Shown piece by piece: positions 23,427 to 35,853 of a stretch of 64,000 bases of DNA (its first letter is position 1; each line of letters starts with the position of its first letter). The stretch comes from Alloascoidea hylecoeti (Eukaryota). The notes below the pieces were generated by a model, which was not told where the DNA came from, made no database searches, and saw only the letters and a list, made by a program, of their open reading frames with translations. Made by a program: the position numbers and the translations under genes. The stretch is taken from positions 124,001 through 188,000 of the forward strand of contig BCKZ01000002.1 in the NCBI GenBank assembly GCA_001600815.1, given 5' to 3'.

Positions 23427-25495
23427 ATGCCACCACATCCACAAACAAGCTCAGGACGTCGAAGCAAATATAGTAAAAACGGCTGCATAGAGTGCAAGCG
23501 TAGGAGACTGAAAGTGAGTAAATCTACATGTCTTGAACTGCTTAATTATTGTCTAGTACCTTTATCGATCCTATTGTTAATCTATTTAATGGCATTTAGT
23601 GTGACGAGACAAAACCTGAATGTTGGCAATGTTCTCACCTTGGAAAAGAGTGTGTGTACTCACGCCAAATCCGGTTTTGTAATACAAATTGGAACAATAC
23701 CACGGCTACTACTACTGGCGTTAAGCAACCCCCACCTTCCTTAAACATTCAACCTACTCAGGTACAACCCCCTCATAATCAACAGTTTTTGGATGCAACC
23801 AAAAATAGTATTCCAGCTCCGTATAATCAACAGATATATCATGACCCCCCAGCGTTTCCACTACAAACTACACCCAACTATCCATTATCACAGCCTGATA
23901 TCTCAGATATTATGGATCCCAAAGTTTATGATATGTTCATGGGTGAGGATGTTACTTCACAGGCAGAACTCTTAGCTCTGAACTTAAATAATATTGTTAA
24001 TATGGAATTAGTCGAACTAGGACAACATAATGTACTACCCTCCTCGACAATAGTAGATTTCCAACAACGTAATTACGAAAAGAAATTTCCAACATCTGCT
24101 ACAAAACATGAGCTTCGTTTCAATATTCCAATTGATGAATTTCCCTTGACAGGTAAATACAAAACATATTTAGAATACTTTTATACAGAACTATCTTTGA
24201 TTATTCTCCCTTTACAATCTTCACAAGCTTTCAATCCACCTAGAGATATTCTTCTCTCATTTGCAAGGAAGGAACCCTACCTATTTACAGCAATACTAGC
24301 ATGTGGTGCTAAAGTAGCTTATAGAAAAACGAAAAATCCAGATGATCATAATGAATCTTGTAACCTTCTTGCGGTATGCTTAAGTCAACTAGGTGAGAAT
24401 CTTCAAGGAGATGAACTTACTAAATCATCTAACATTGAAACAATGCTTTTAACAATTCTTTTGCTAACATCCGAGAATGCTTCATCTAAGGCACAAAAGT
24501 GGAGGCCACATCACAGGGGTGCCAAAGATCTCCTATTGAAATACGCTTCTCAAGGAAATCAGTCGGTGGTAATGTCACTTTGTAAACACTGGTTTGCATC
24601 AATTGAAATTTTGGCATGCCTGTCATCTCCATATGGTGGTAATACTCAAACCGATGAAGAGCTAGATATACTCACTAATGTTGAAAGACCAGAGGAAATC
24701 ATAGCATTACAGCAAATACAAATAATTCGACCAGATGGCTATAACCTACTATTTGCATATTATAACGATGACGTTAAAATCCTCAGGACAATAATAAAAC
24801 TGACAAGGCACACAAAAGAGGGAATAAAAGTGTCCGTAAATGAAATAACAGAACTAATTTCACTGATACACGAGGGTCGAAAAAAGCAGTGCTTTGATAG
24901 AGAGGCTATATTAAAGCCATCGAATCCATATTACGAACAGTATAAATACCTTTTGAATGATTTAAACTCATCTAATACATATTACCCGAACGGAATTGCT
25001 GCTATCATGCTTAAATCAGGGACTCCAGTACTGATTTCATGGTATGACATACTACATCAATTACATCTTCTAGCACCACTTCTAATGATATTTACACACG
25101 AAGGATTATTTGGGTTGCCAAAAGAGCATCCAAGCGTTCAAGAGGTGTTACACCAAATTTTGAATTTCATGCCATTCCTCGATAGTGATAATCCTCCACA
25201 AACTCACATATTACTTTTGGTTCAATGGATTTTCATAATAGTGGGGAAGAATTGTATTTATGAGGAGGATAAAAGGAAAGTTATGAAATTTTATGATGCT
25301 TTGAAAATCTTGGGATCAGGAAGTGCTGATATCATTAGCAGACAAATACAAAAATTGTGGATTTCGTCATCAGAAATGCCAACCCCAAGCACATTTATAG
25401 ATAACAATAGACAAGACTCATCGGGGATGAATTCTACGAACGATGGTGTGAAATTGGAGAGAATAGATTCGGATGTTGATTGTGTAGCTTATTAG
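23427..25495 (+). CDS. LYS14: Lys14-family Zn(II)2Cys6 transcription factor, 2 exons: 23427-23513 and 23600-25495
   Basis: Spliced KYSKNGCIECKRRRLK|CDETKPECWQCSHLGKECVY resembles Lys14 (KYSRNGCSECKRRRMKCDETKPTCWQC). The C-terminal region is Fungal_trans_2-like. Intron 23514-23599 is GTGAGT..TAG. Exact orthology within the family is uncertain. Confidence 0.75.
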
Positions 25496-25625
25496 ACTAG
25501 TTAGAATGTATTGTAATTTACGCCCTTTGAACATAGTACGTGTATATTTCAGACCGCTAGTTCCACCTTATTTAATTAGTTTCACTCATTGTTCAAACAA
25601 TAAATTGAAAGAGCGTAACAACAAT

Positions 25626-26514
25626 ATGTAAGAAATTTATCAACTATTGAATGATAACATGTTTGACTATTCACATTGAAGACGAACATAATTTGAGTTT
25701 GATTATGTTATGCATCCATTAGCTCGGCTGTCAACCATGGCGAATACTCGAACCGAAGCCTCTAATTCATTATCTATCTTCAGTGATATTCATCGGTTTA
25801 TACTAATATCATGTTTTATTCAGGGCTGGTCTTGATGATGAATACACGGCAGCATTTGCTCCTTTTTTTGGATTTGCAGGGTGTGTATCAAAATAACAAA
25901 CAATGAAAATATCAATTTATAATATTTTATGATACTAATAGCTATCTACTTAATATAGATGTGCCGCTGCGATAATTCTTAGCTCTGCGGGTGCCGCCAT
26001 TGGAACAGTAAAAAGTGGTATTGGTATCTCTGGTATTGGTACCTTTAAGCCAGAACTGATTATGAAGGTATGCTCATGCAACCACTCTATAATAAATAAA
26101 CTACAAAACTAAAATTAGATTTTTTTATCTAGTCTCTTATACCTGTGGTAATGTCTGGTATTTTATCTGTTTATGGGTTGGTAGTTAGTGTATTAATAGC
26201 AGGTATGTGTTCACACTTTTAGATTTTTTTCGGTGATATTTGATACGAATAATTATATTTTAGGTGATATGAGCCCTTCCGAGTCATACTCTCTATTTAA
26301 TGGGTTTATGCATTTAGCTTGCGGTCTTTCTGTTGGATTTGCTTGCTTAGCATCTGGATATGCTATAGGTATAGTCGGCGATGAAGGTGTTCGACAATAT
26401 ATGCTTCAACCGAAATTGTTTGTTGGAATTGTTTTGATTTTAATTTTTGCTGAAGTTTTGGGATTATATGGAATGATCATTGCCCTCATTTTGAACACAA
26501 AGGGCAGTGGTTAG
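25626..26514 (+). CDS. VMA11: V-ATPase proteolipid subunit c', 5 exons: 25626-25627, 25824-25880, 25959-26067, 26133-26202, 26264-26514
   Basis: Spliced [84 protein letters not shown]...[19 protein letters not shown], with the proton-carrying Glu retained. The first exon is inferred. Confidence 0.92.
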
Positions 26515-27059
26515 TGGTCTAATATCCCTGGAAAGCAAATTAATTGACAATAGAATAGAGTCTATCATAAAGTTTGATTATTAAAAAGAAAACATGGCTC
26601 AGCGAATGACAAAATTCATTCACGATAATAAAAATATTATAAGATATTATTATAACGAATAAAAAACTTGGCATTATATTTGCAACTAATCCTTAACTTT
26701 TGTTGTAAATTTCTTGATCGAATAAATGTTGTAATTAATATTGAGTTGTAGAATATAATCAAGTCACAAGTACATTTATCTGGTAGTAACAATTATTGAT
26801 TATATCAGCTCTGACTTAAACAATTACAACATTTTCTATCTGTCTTATCTAAAGATTTTAAACTTCGTACCAGCCTGTATTGCCAGATATAAACTTATAT
26901 CTTTTACTTAATTGCATTACCTACATCTATTTGAATTAAAAATGCCCCCAAATATATTTTAGGAGTTTCTGAATTTGTTACCCGGATATATAATTAGTAA
27001 GTTAATTTGACAGAAATATTTCAGCAATAAATTTCAACTATAAATGTTTCTAATAAAAG

Positions 27060-30000
27060 ATGTCAAAAAAACCTCAGTTCACAAGAAACACACCATTAGA
27101 CAAATTGTTCGAAGAGCTTTCTTTTCTTGAAGATGCAAAAAGTATATATATTTGGAGGTTATTTTCGTAATTATGAATTCTGACTAACATGTCACACATT
27201 TATGATTATAGAATCCAAAGATATAATATCGATATTTAATACAATGCCAGAGGCAAAACAAAAAGAATTTCAAAATAAATCTATCAGAATAGTGGTGATA
27301 TCAATCTGCTTGTCATATCTAGAAAAAATTCAGGAAGTTTCTTTAGAACAAGCGCGAAAAAGCAAGAATCCCAATTTAATAATTATATCATTATATGATC
27401 TTAAACTATTTAATGATCTGTTAAACTTGATAATAATTCAAGGAATATATCCATCGTTACCCACTGGTATAGGAATACCTGTTAATAAAAGAGTAAAAAG
27501 CTTGATTTTTACTGCTAAAGTCTCAAAGCCATCTTACGATGAGGCTAAATCATTGCTTTGTATGATAGTTGATACAATGATAAACTTGATCAATAAAAGT
27601 GGTGACGTATCAGACCTGATAAAGAAGGGAATGGGTATAACAGATTTAGTAACAGCACTAGCAGAATTGTCTTCTGATCCTAAGTTATCAATCAAGGAAC
27701 GAAAAATAAATGTGGAGAAATTCTCAGCGATAACGAGCGAAGTGAATACTTATGAATTATTTACTATTTACTCCTCTCTGCTACAACCGAATACACCTGC
27801 ATATTTCGCTTCTTTTATTTCAAGGAATATTAGTCATTTGCCAATAATACGGCCTAATGGAATCAGAACATTGATCGAATTTGTTACAGGTATGCGAGAA
27901 GAAGAACAAGTATCCATTGAAAAGTTAGAGCAAGTAACTAAGTTAATCACATCCGTTCCGAAAGGGGTCCCACCAAAAGATTATTTTACGAATGTTTGCA
28001 GGCAGATTTTTGAAATATTGGCAGATTTTTCGAACGAAATCTTATCGTCTGCCGCTTGCCATGTTGTTCTTACCATGTATGAAACAAAACCTAGAATTAT
28101 TCAAGATCTATTATTTTCTATAATACAAAGTTCAATAGATCCTAGCGATAAAACTGTTGATCTTTGCGAGTCGGATGTCATTGTATCAGAGACGCAATAT
28201 GGAAAATCCATAAATTCTATTGCAACTCTATTGAAAAGATCATCACAGTCAATGGTAAAAGATTTATTATCAAAACACCTAATTTCACTGTGGCATAATT
28301 TGTGTTTCCTAGCAACTTCAAAGAAATCAGGAAAGTTTGTTACTGATTTATTAGTATCTTATCTTTCAATTTCGGGTGATGTAAATGATATGTTTAGTAT
28401 AATGGATAACATGTTAACAATTCCAAGAGGAAAATGGACCTTTAAAAGTGGTGATAATGGTGCGGTTGAGATTAGAAAACAGGATCCTTGGGATTTAGCT
28501 GGAAAAGATAACAAAACTGAAACTATTTTTGAAATTGTGGATACACGAGTTGGATTATTTAAGGATATCCTAAAAGAATTGGATGCTGATATGATTAATC
28601 TGGTTTTTATAAAGATTTTAAAACAGTGGTTATATAGATCTAATGAAACACTTAAAGACAAACATTTATTGTTTAATGAAGATGAAGAAGAGGATCCATT
28701 TAAGGTTTTGGTAGAGTTGAAATTGCTGGATATGATTGCAAATGATTTAAAATCAACGTTATCTAGATCTAAAAATAAAATTATAGAAATTGTATCTATA
28801 ATTTTGCGAAACTACCAAAGCCATTTGGAATCTTTGCGCCCTAAAAGAAATAGCAATGCACCTACGACAATCGGAAACATATTTCAGCCTTCTAAAATTA
28901 AAGATGAAGTTGATGTTAATAGCGATGATGAAGATGAACCAGAAGTTTCGTCTGAGATTAAAAATGAGGACGATTCTGATGATGAAGATGAAGATTCGGA
29001 AAAAATTGAAACCGTCTCAACAGCGTTATCCATAATATCAGCCACCATATATGGTTACAATGAATCTTACAAAACCGAAGAGGGTGAATTAGACATCGAC
29101 CTCATCCAATCGATAATACCTACAGTGAAATTCATCATGGAAAACGATGAACAAGTTCAAACTAAAGCTCAATCAGTCTTTTTGTCGTTAAATGAAATAG
29201 TTTCAAAAGGCGAAGAAAATAAAACTGTTAATAATACAATAGATCCGTTTGCCGAATCAAGAAAGCTTTTACAAAAAGCTTTGACAAATTTGGAAAATCC
29301 ACTTGTACCTATACGTGCTTATGGCCTTCATCTTTTGACATCTTTGATTAAAGCCAAAGATCCCGTATTAAGTGTTAAATTGGCCATTTCGATATGCCTG
29401 AAGCAGATGAAAGATAATGATTCATTTATCTATTTAAATTCGATTAAATGTCTTGAAAAATTAGTTGATATTCACAGAAACAATGTTCTTCCTATTTTAT
29501 TAAGAGATTATAATAATAGTCGTTTATCTATTGATGAGAGATTGAGAATTGGTGAAGTGGTAATTAGAGCGGTTCGAAGGTTGGGCGAAGCATTTGTTAA
29601 TGAGCCTGCTTCACAAATAGCCTCCTCCATGCTGAATATTATCACAAGAAATGAGAATATCAATAAAACTCCCATGGATGATAAATTAAGAATGTCTGCT
29701 ATGAGCATTTTGGGGTGTGCTTGTGAAACGAATCCTATAGGTATAAGACAGTACATTAGATCTTCTATAGATTGTGCTCTTGGGATTCTTACTTTTGAAA
29801 AGGATGAAAAGAAAGATTTATATGAAGGGAAACCAGATCATGAAACTAAGGCGATTATGAGAAGATCAGCAGTTGTATTGTTAGGATCTCTTATCAAAGG
29901 ATTAGACAATCTAAATGACATTCCAAAAGATTTATCTGATAAAGTCGTCGTCGCATTACAGTATACTGTGGAGACAGATTCAGACTCACTTGTTAGAATA

Positions 30001-30060
30001 CAAGCATCTACTGTTCTAGAGATTATAAATGAAAAAATTTACGAAAAATTCATTATCTAG
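27060..30060 (+). CDS. RTP1: Rtp1/TANGO6 HEAT/ARM-repeat RNA polymerase II assembly/import factor, 2 exons: 27060-27141 and 27212-30060
   Basis: LVPIRAYGL, DNDSFIYLNSIK, DERLRIGEV, DDKLRMSAMSILG and MRRSAVVL resemble the RTP1_C motifs. Intron GTATAT..GACTAAC..TAG. Located near HSP90, as RTP1 is near HSC82 in S. cerevisiae. Confidence 0.85.
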
Positions 30061-30144
30061 CTAGCCCTATGTAAGTCTTAATTGAAATGCAAGCTGGTAC
30101 ACTGCCATGTGTGTTGTATATAGGTTACAGTTTATTATCAATGT

Positions 30145-30831
30145 TTAATTCATTAGCCATTCTCTTTTCTGTCTTAATTTTTTCTCCTTCCGTTCTCGTT
30201 GTTTCTTTTTGAATCGTTGAATATCTCTCTTGGAGAGCTCGGATTTTTTCTCCGACCGTAATATATCATTGTTATCCGATATTTCTAAATGATTTCGTTT
30301 TAATTGAGTATCTACGGTTTCTGGTAATGACTCTTTTTGATCTAGTTCTTCTCTTCTTTTGGCTAGTTGTTCTTGGTAGTATTTATATTTCTCGTACGTG
30401 GATTTCCCTTGGATAGCAGGGTCGGATTTTAAACGTTCAATTATGACGGTTTTATCATCTGGGTCATTGGGAATTTCAACTGTTTCGGAAGGAACTCTTG
30501 GGTTGGTCCACGTTGTTACTTGTGTGAACCGGTTGTAAAAATAGTAGGCTTTATGTGCTGGGTCCCAAACAGCCTCCCAGCCGTCATCTTCGGTATCCAC
30601 TTTTGATGAGTCCTTTTTTTCATTCTCCTTGACTTCACTATGTCTAGCGCTACTTTGCTGGATTTGTTTAGAAGAACTTTCCGTTGAACGTTTTTTGGTT
30701 TTGTCAGGTTGTCGGTCGGGAAGCGGTTCATCCGGAAGAGGTGGCAAGCCTCCATGATTTATAGGTTTGGTAACGACATCTGGGATTCTCCCTGGGATGG
30801 GTTCTTGCGGCAGAGGGGGGACATTTGGCAT
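30145..30831 (-). CDS. Uncharacterised WW-domain protein
   Basis: WW signature GWEAVWDPAHKAYYFYNRFTQVTTWTNP, Pro-rich N-terminus (PPLPxEP twice) and a basic C-terminal helix ending REWL. Confidence 0.8.
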   Translation of the reverse strand: MPNVPPLPQEPIPGRIPDVVTKPINHGGLPPLPDEPLPDRQPDKTKKRSTESSSKQIQQSSARHSEVKENEKKDSSKVDTEDDGWEAVWDPAHKAYYFYNRFTQVTTWTNPRVPSETVEIPNDPDDKTVIIERLKSDPAIQGKSTYEKYKYYQEQLAKRREELDQKESLPETVDTQLKRNHLEISDNNDILRSEKKSELSKRDIQRFKKKQRERKEKKLRQKREWLMN

Positions 30832-30907
30832 CGTTTTTCTTACAAATAGATGTAACGATACTTATTAATATCAAAGGTCGTGAAAACATCCCCGTAAGCT
30901 GATAGGA

Positions 30908-31052
30908 AAACTTCCGGAACTGGCCGGTGAACCAGGAAGGTTCTAGATGGTAAAAGGCCCCGGCGGAAGGACCCGGGTCGGGCCTGTGTGTATGTGAAAA
31001 TTTGTGTGGAAAGCGATGGAATATTCCACTCTATTTTTTTTCAGATATAAAA
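30908..31052. promoter_or_regulatory. Heat-shock elements and TATA box of HSP90
   Basis: TTCcgGAA (30912-30919), GAAggTTCtaGAT (30936-30948), GAAtaTTC (31019-31026) and TATAAAA (31046-31052). Confidence 0.7.
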
Positions 31053-31120
31053 GAATCATATTTCTGTGAAATTTTCATTTTACTCCGTTTTTACTTCACT
31101 TTAATATTTTTTCCCACACA

Positions 31121-33226
31121 ATGAGCGAATCGTATGAGTTTCAAGCTGAGATTACTCAGTTGATGAGTTTGATCATCAATACCGTCTATTCCAATAAAGA
31201 AATTTTCTTGAGAGAGTTGATTTCTAATGCTTCAGATGCTATTGATAAAATCCGTTATCAATCACTTTCGGATCCTTCTCAACTCGAGACTGAACCGGAA
31301 TTATTCATCAGAATCACCCCAAGAAAGGAGGAAAAGGTATTAGAACTTAGAGACTCCGGTATTGGTATGACTAAGGCCGATTTAGTTAACAACTTAGGTA
31401 CCATTGCTAAATCTGGTACAAAAGCTTTCATGGAAGCTTTATCTGCTGGCGCAGACGTTTCTATGATTGGTCAATTCGGTGTTGGTTTTTACTCTCTTTT
31501 CTTGGTTGCTGATAGAGTCCAGGTCATTTCTAAACACAATGATGACGAGCAATACATCTGGGAGTCAAACGCCGGTGGTAAATTTACTGTCACCCTCGAT
31601 GATGGCATTAACGAGAAGATTACTAGAGGTACAGTTCTCCGATTATTCTTAAAAGAAGATCAATTAGAATACCTAGAAGAGAAGACAATTAAGGACGTTG
31701 TTAAGAAACATTCTGAGTTCGTTGCTTACCCAATTCAATTGGTTGTTACCAAAGAAGTTGAGAAAGAGGTTCCCGAAACAGAAGAGGAAACAGAAGAGGT
31801 TAAAGATGAAGATGACAAGACTCCAAAGGTTGAAGAAGTTAAGGACGAAGAAGAGGAAAAGAAAGAGAAGAAAACAAAAACTATTAAGGAAACCGTCACT
31901 GAAAACGAAGAACTTAATAAGACGAAACCTTTGTGGACAAGAAATCCTTCTGATATTACTAAGGAAGAATATGCTGCTTTCTACAAATCAATTTCCAATG
32001 ATTGGGAGGACCATTTAGCTGTCAAACACTTTTCTGTTGAAGGTCAATTAGAATTCAGAGCTATTTTGTTTGTTCCTGCAAGAGCTCCATTCGACCTTTT
32101 TGAGAGCAAAAAGAAGAAGGGAAATATCAAACTTTACGTTAGAAGAGTTTTCATTACAGATGAGGCTGAGGACCTTATCCCAGACTGGTTAGGATTTGTT
32201 AAGGGTGTTGTGGACTCTGAAGACTTGCCATTGAACTTGTCTCGTGAAATGCTTCAACAAAACAAGATTCTTAAAGTTATTAAGAAGAACATTGTCAAGA
32301 AATTAATCGAGACATTCCAAGAAATTGCTGAAGACCGTGAACAATTTGATAAGTTCTACACAGCTTTTGCTAAGAACATCAAGCTTGGTATCCACGAAGA
32401 TGCTCAAAACAGAAATACTTTAGCTAAACTCCTAAGATATAACTCTACTAAATCATCTGAAGAGCTCACTTCCCTTGATGATTATATCACACGTATGCCA
32501 GAACATCAGAAGAACATCTATTTCATTACTGGTGAATCTGTTAAGGCAGTCGAGAAGTCTCCATTCTTGGAAGTCTTAAAGGAAAAAGATTTCGAAGTTC
32601 TGTTCCTCGTTGACCCAATTGATGAATATGCTATGACTCAATTGAAGGAGTACGAAGGTAAGAAATTAGTTGACATCACCAAGGAGTTTGAACTTGAAGA
32701 GACAGAGGAGGAGAAGAAAACCCGTGAAGCAGAAATTAAAGAATTTGAACCTCTTACAAAAGCTTTGAAGGAAATCTTGGGTGAACAAGTTGAAAAGGTT
32801 GTTGTTTCTCACAAATTAGTCAGTGCACCAGCTGCTATTTCATCTGGTCAATTCGGTTGGTCTGCTAACATGGAGCGTATAATGAAAGCTCAAGCGTTAA
32901 GAGATACATCTATGTCTGCCTATATGTCATCTAAGAAGACTTTCGAAATTTCTCCAAAATCCTCAATTATTAAGGAATTAAGAAAGAAAGTTGAAACCGA
33001 TGGTGCATCTGACCGATCGGTTAAGGATTTAACAATTTTATTGTACGAGACTGCTCTTTTGACTTCTGGTTTCACATTAGAGGAGCCAAATTCATTTGCT
33101 GCTAGAATTAATAGGTTAATTTCCCTTGGTTTGAACATTGATGAGAGTGAGGAAGAAGTTGCTCAATCTACTGAAGCCCCAGTTGAAGATGTCGATGTTG
33201 AATCTGCAATGGAAGAGGTTGATTAG
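31121..33226 (+). CDS. HSP90: Cytosolic Hsp90 chaperone
   Basis: [37 protein letters not shown] and a C-terminal MEEVD. No introns. Confidence 0.99.
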   Translation: MSESYEFQAEITQLMSLIINTVYSNKEIFLRELISNASDAIDKIRYQSLSDPSQLETEPELFIRITPRKEEKVLELRDSGIGMTKADLVNNLGTIAKSGTKAFMEALSAGADVSMIGQFGVGFYSLFLVADRVQVISKHNDDEQYIWESNAGGKFTVTLDDGINEKITRGTVLRLFLKEDQLEYLEEKTIKDVVKKHSEFVAYPIQLVVTKEVEKEVPETEEETEEVKDEDDKTPKVEEVKDEEEEKKEKKTKTIKETVTENEELNKTKPLWTRNPSDITKEEYAAFYKSISNDWEDHLAVKHFSVEGQLEFRAILFVPARAPFDLFESKKKKGNIKLYVRRVFITDEAEDLIPDWLGFVKGVVDSEDLPLNLSREMLQQNKILKVIKKNIVKKLIETFQEIAEDREQFDKFYTAFAKNIKLGIHEDAQNRNTLAKLLRYNSTKSSEELTSLDDYITRMPEHQKNIYFITGESVKAVEKSPFLEVLKEKDFEVLFLVDPIDEYAMTQLKEYEGKKLVDITKEFELEETEEEKKTREAEIKEFEPLTKALKEILGEQVEKVVVSHKLVSAPAAISSGQFGWSANMERIMKAQALRDTSMSAYMSSKKTFEISPKSSIIKELRKKVETDGASDRSVKDLTILLYETALLTSGFTLEEPNSFAARINRLISLGLNIDESEEEVAQSTEAPVEDVDVESAMEEVD

Positions 33227-33531
33227 AGTTTTAAAGTTTTTTACTATAAGTTATGATGTTTTAATTAATATAGGTATATTAATATATTTAAAATGAATGT
33301 ATTTTAAGATGATTTTGTTTATATCACTTTTGGATTTGTAGTTTCGATTGTGTGTTATCAACATTTGACAATGAACGTAACCACGGGGAGAAAAACTAGC
33401 GATATAATATAAGTAGAAAAAAATTAACTATAACAACAAAAATTTAGACCTATACTTGAATTCTTCACTATCTAATATCTAACTAATTATAGATAAATTG
33501 ACAATATTATATACGAATATGTATACGCGTA

Positions 33532-35853
33532 TCATGAATCGTCGCCAAGATCTATGGCCACAGCAATATCAGATTTTGCTCTCTTTCGTGGTAACTGTGT
33601 TAACGAGTCAATTATTACAGCATGTTTTCGTGGTCTTATTACTTCAGACATTGTGATATTTCGAAGTCGTTTTGTGCTTAACAACCCTTTGAAAGGAGTA
33701 ACTGGACTAAATGATGATGCCTTCCTTGGTGTCCTAGGCGTTCGTAAATACAAGTTGGCATCGATGTCTTGAGCGTCTACATATTCATCAGAGTTTTCCA
33801 TCTGAGCATCAGTATCCTTACTCATTTCATTGGAAGGTTCGGTTGATTGTTTAGTATTCTCTTGAAGAATCTCATTTGAATGAACGGGGGGTTCTAAACC
33901 ATTTTCACTCTGGAAAATTTGAACGCCTTCTTCCTCTCCATTATTTTCCGTATTCTCTGTATTTTCAACAATAATATGCTCATCCTCTGATTCGGAGTCA
34001 ATACCATGTGACGGCTGTTTTTGTTGTTGATTCCGTCCTAATTCCAGTCTAGATGCTACTCGTTCTCTTGCTGCTTGTGTGGCTTGCTTGTTTTGTCTAT
34101 TCCTTTGCAATTGCTCATTACGAGCTCTAGCAAGACGTATTACTTCTGGAATAGTTCTATTGCGTGAAATAGCGTTTTCCGTTCTCATTTGAGTTGCAAC
34201 TCTAACTGAGTATCTAAACTTTCTAAGGAGTTCCGAAGCTTCATGTGCATTAAATTTATGTTGTCTTATGAAATGTCTTCTCAATGAGTCAGCTCTTGAT
34301 AGAGTAGGGGTATTATGATAACCCAGTTCCTTAATACATATCTGACATTTAAAAATTGCCTTATTTTCTTTATCCAGAAGTTGATCCAGATCTAGATGTA
34401 GATCTTCTCTAAGCATACCCTCAATACCAGACGCTGGTGATAGTGGCAGTGATGCTTTATCATTATTTGATGGTGGGGTAGGTATAGGCTCGGTTATTCG
34501 CTCAGCATTCTCTAATTCCTCTTCACCTCCTTCAGAAGTAATATCTTCTATATTATTATCATTACCTAAGGGGATTTCATTATCAGACACATCTTCACTG
34601 ATTAACGGGGAATTGGCTCCCAGATCGGGACTTAACCCCGGTTCTGGAGATTTATCGCGATGAAAATATTCAGAATCTAATTCTGACTCTAATTCTGGTT
34701 CCAATTCTGGCTCTAATTCTGGCTCTAATTCTGGCTCTAATTCTGACTCCGATCCCTTATCTACCAGTTCCGCTATGGTAACACCATTAATTTTGGGACT
34801 TTGATCATTGACTTGTTGATCTTGTTCACTCAAAGAGTCAGATATTTCTTCCTGCTCATACATTTTTGCATCAGCTAAAACCGTTGCTTGTAACTTTGGA
34901 TCAGAAGAAAATAGCTGAGATTTCACATGTCTATGAAGTGTTTCAGAAGCATAAACCTGAACATTTTTAGAGCGAGATCTCTGGGGTTTTGGAGAATAAG
35001 ATGTTTTAGATGTCTTAATGGCAACTTCAACTTCATCGTTTAACAAATTTATCAAAATTAACAATTTATGGATGAATTGCTCCCATGGATATATATCATT
35101 CAGACAAAAAACCAATTCTTCAGTACCTTCATTTTTAGATAATGTTACACTGACTCCTTGGATTTTATTGATGAGTTCTTCTTTCAGATACTGGAAATTT
35201 CCTTTATTGCTTGTTGATATGTGCTCCTTCCAAAAAATTTCAATTAATTCGACTTCATTATCAGGTGATTTATAGATGTGATTGTTATTCAAACGTTGAA
35301 CAAAATACCATTGAGTAATAATGTTTGAATAAAAAGTAGAATACTCGTATTTATCATTCAAGTTGATACAGAAATAGGAGCTGAAATTTTTCCAGATCCT
35401 CTCAAATATATTTGACAAATCAGTATCCGTACCAGGGATGGCTGTACGAGCGAATATGGCCAATAATGCCAGATTTACGCGAACAATAACGACACGCGCG
35501 TATGTGTCTGTGTTTTCAAAATACTCTGCTGGATCCACAAATGTTTGGGTTTTCAGTAGAACAAGATTAGCATTTAACAAAATTAGAAGTCGTGCCAATT
35601 CAGAAGCGGGTTTATTCGTAAGTTCTAGGTCCTGTTCAATCAATATTGTGTTATTTCCATTAATCACCAAATAATCTATTACATCTTTTGCTGTTGAGTC
35701 TATATTATCAATATGGCTAAGAATTTTATCACGATAATTTTGAGTAATGGCTGAACTAATTTTTTGGGGAAATTTTGTTGCGCCTGATTTGACCTCATCA
35801 CACAATTTCAACGCTTTGATCGCCTTTTTAAGAAATCTAGCATTGGATTGCAT
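33532..35853 (-). CDS. Uncharacterised 773-aa protein: TRFH (Tbf1/Taz1 dimerisation)-like N-terminal domain, acidic linker and a single C2H2 zinc finger
   Basis: Long uninterrupted ORF with a C2H2 motif (FKCQIC...LSRADSLRRHFIRQH). VRVNLA, FYSNIITQWYF and LNDIYPWEQF resemble fungal TRF-domain motifs. The ORF itself is solid; the domain call is from memory. Confidence 0.7.
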   Translation of the reverse strand: MQSNARFLKKAIKALKLCDEVKSGATKFPQKISSAITQNYRDKILSHIDNIDSTAKDVIDYLVINGNNTILIEQDLELTNKPASELARLLILLNANLVLLKTQTFVDPAEYFENTDTYARVVIVRVNLALLAIFARTAIPGTDTDLSNIFERIWKNFSSYFCINLNDKYEYSTFYSNIITQWYFVQRLNNNHIYKSPDNEVELIEIFWKEHISTSNKGNFQYLKEELINKIQGVSVTLSKNEGTEELVFCLNDIYPWEQFIHKLLILINLLNDEVEVAIKTSKTSYSPKPQRSRSKNVQVYASETLHRHVKSQLFSSDPKLQATVLADAKMYEQEEISDSLSEQDQQVNDQSPKINGVTIAELVDKGSESELEPELEPELEPELEPELESELDSEYFHRDKSPEPGLSPDLGANSPLISEDVSDNEIPLGNDNNIEDITSEGGEEELENAERITEPIPTPPSNNDKASLPLSPASGIEGMLREDLHLDLDQLLDKENKAIFKCQICIKELGYHNTPTLSRADSLRRHFIRQHKFNAHEASELLRKFRYSVRVATQMRTENAISRNRTIPEVIRLARARNEQLQRNRQNKQATQAARERVASRLELGRNQQQKQPSHGIDSESEDEHIIVENTENTENNGEEEGVQIFQSENGLEPPVHSNEILQENTKQSTEPSNEMSKDTDAQMENSDEYVDAQDIDANLYLRTPRTPRKASSFSPVTPFKGLLSTKRLRNITMSEVIRPRKHAVIIDSLTQLPRKRAKSDIAVAIDLGDDS
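34676..34747 (-). repeat. 12-bp tandem repeat x6 encoding (E-L-E-P/S)n
   Basis: TCTAATTCTGGC-type units on the + strand, inside the acidic linker. Confidence 0.9.

Noticed and set aside
30911..30985. CGG-rich HSP90 promoter as Gal4 sites
   Set aside because: The CGG..CCG spacings are 6 and 9, not 11. HSEs explain the region better.
26041..32620. CUG codon reassignment (Ser or Ala), as in some yeast clades
   Set aside because: CTG occurs at conserved Leu sites (Vma11 KPE-L-IMK, Hsp90 FEV-L-FL, also Gcv2 GYTE-L-I), which fits the standard code.
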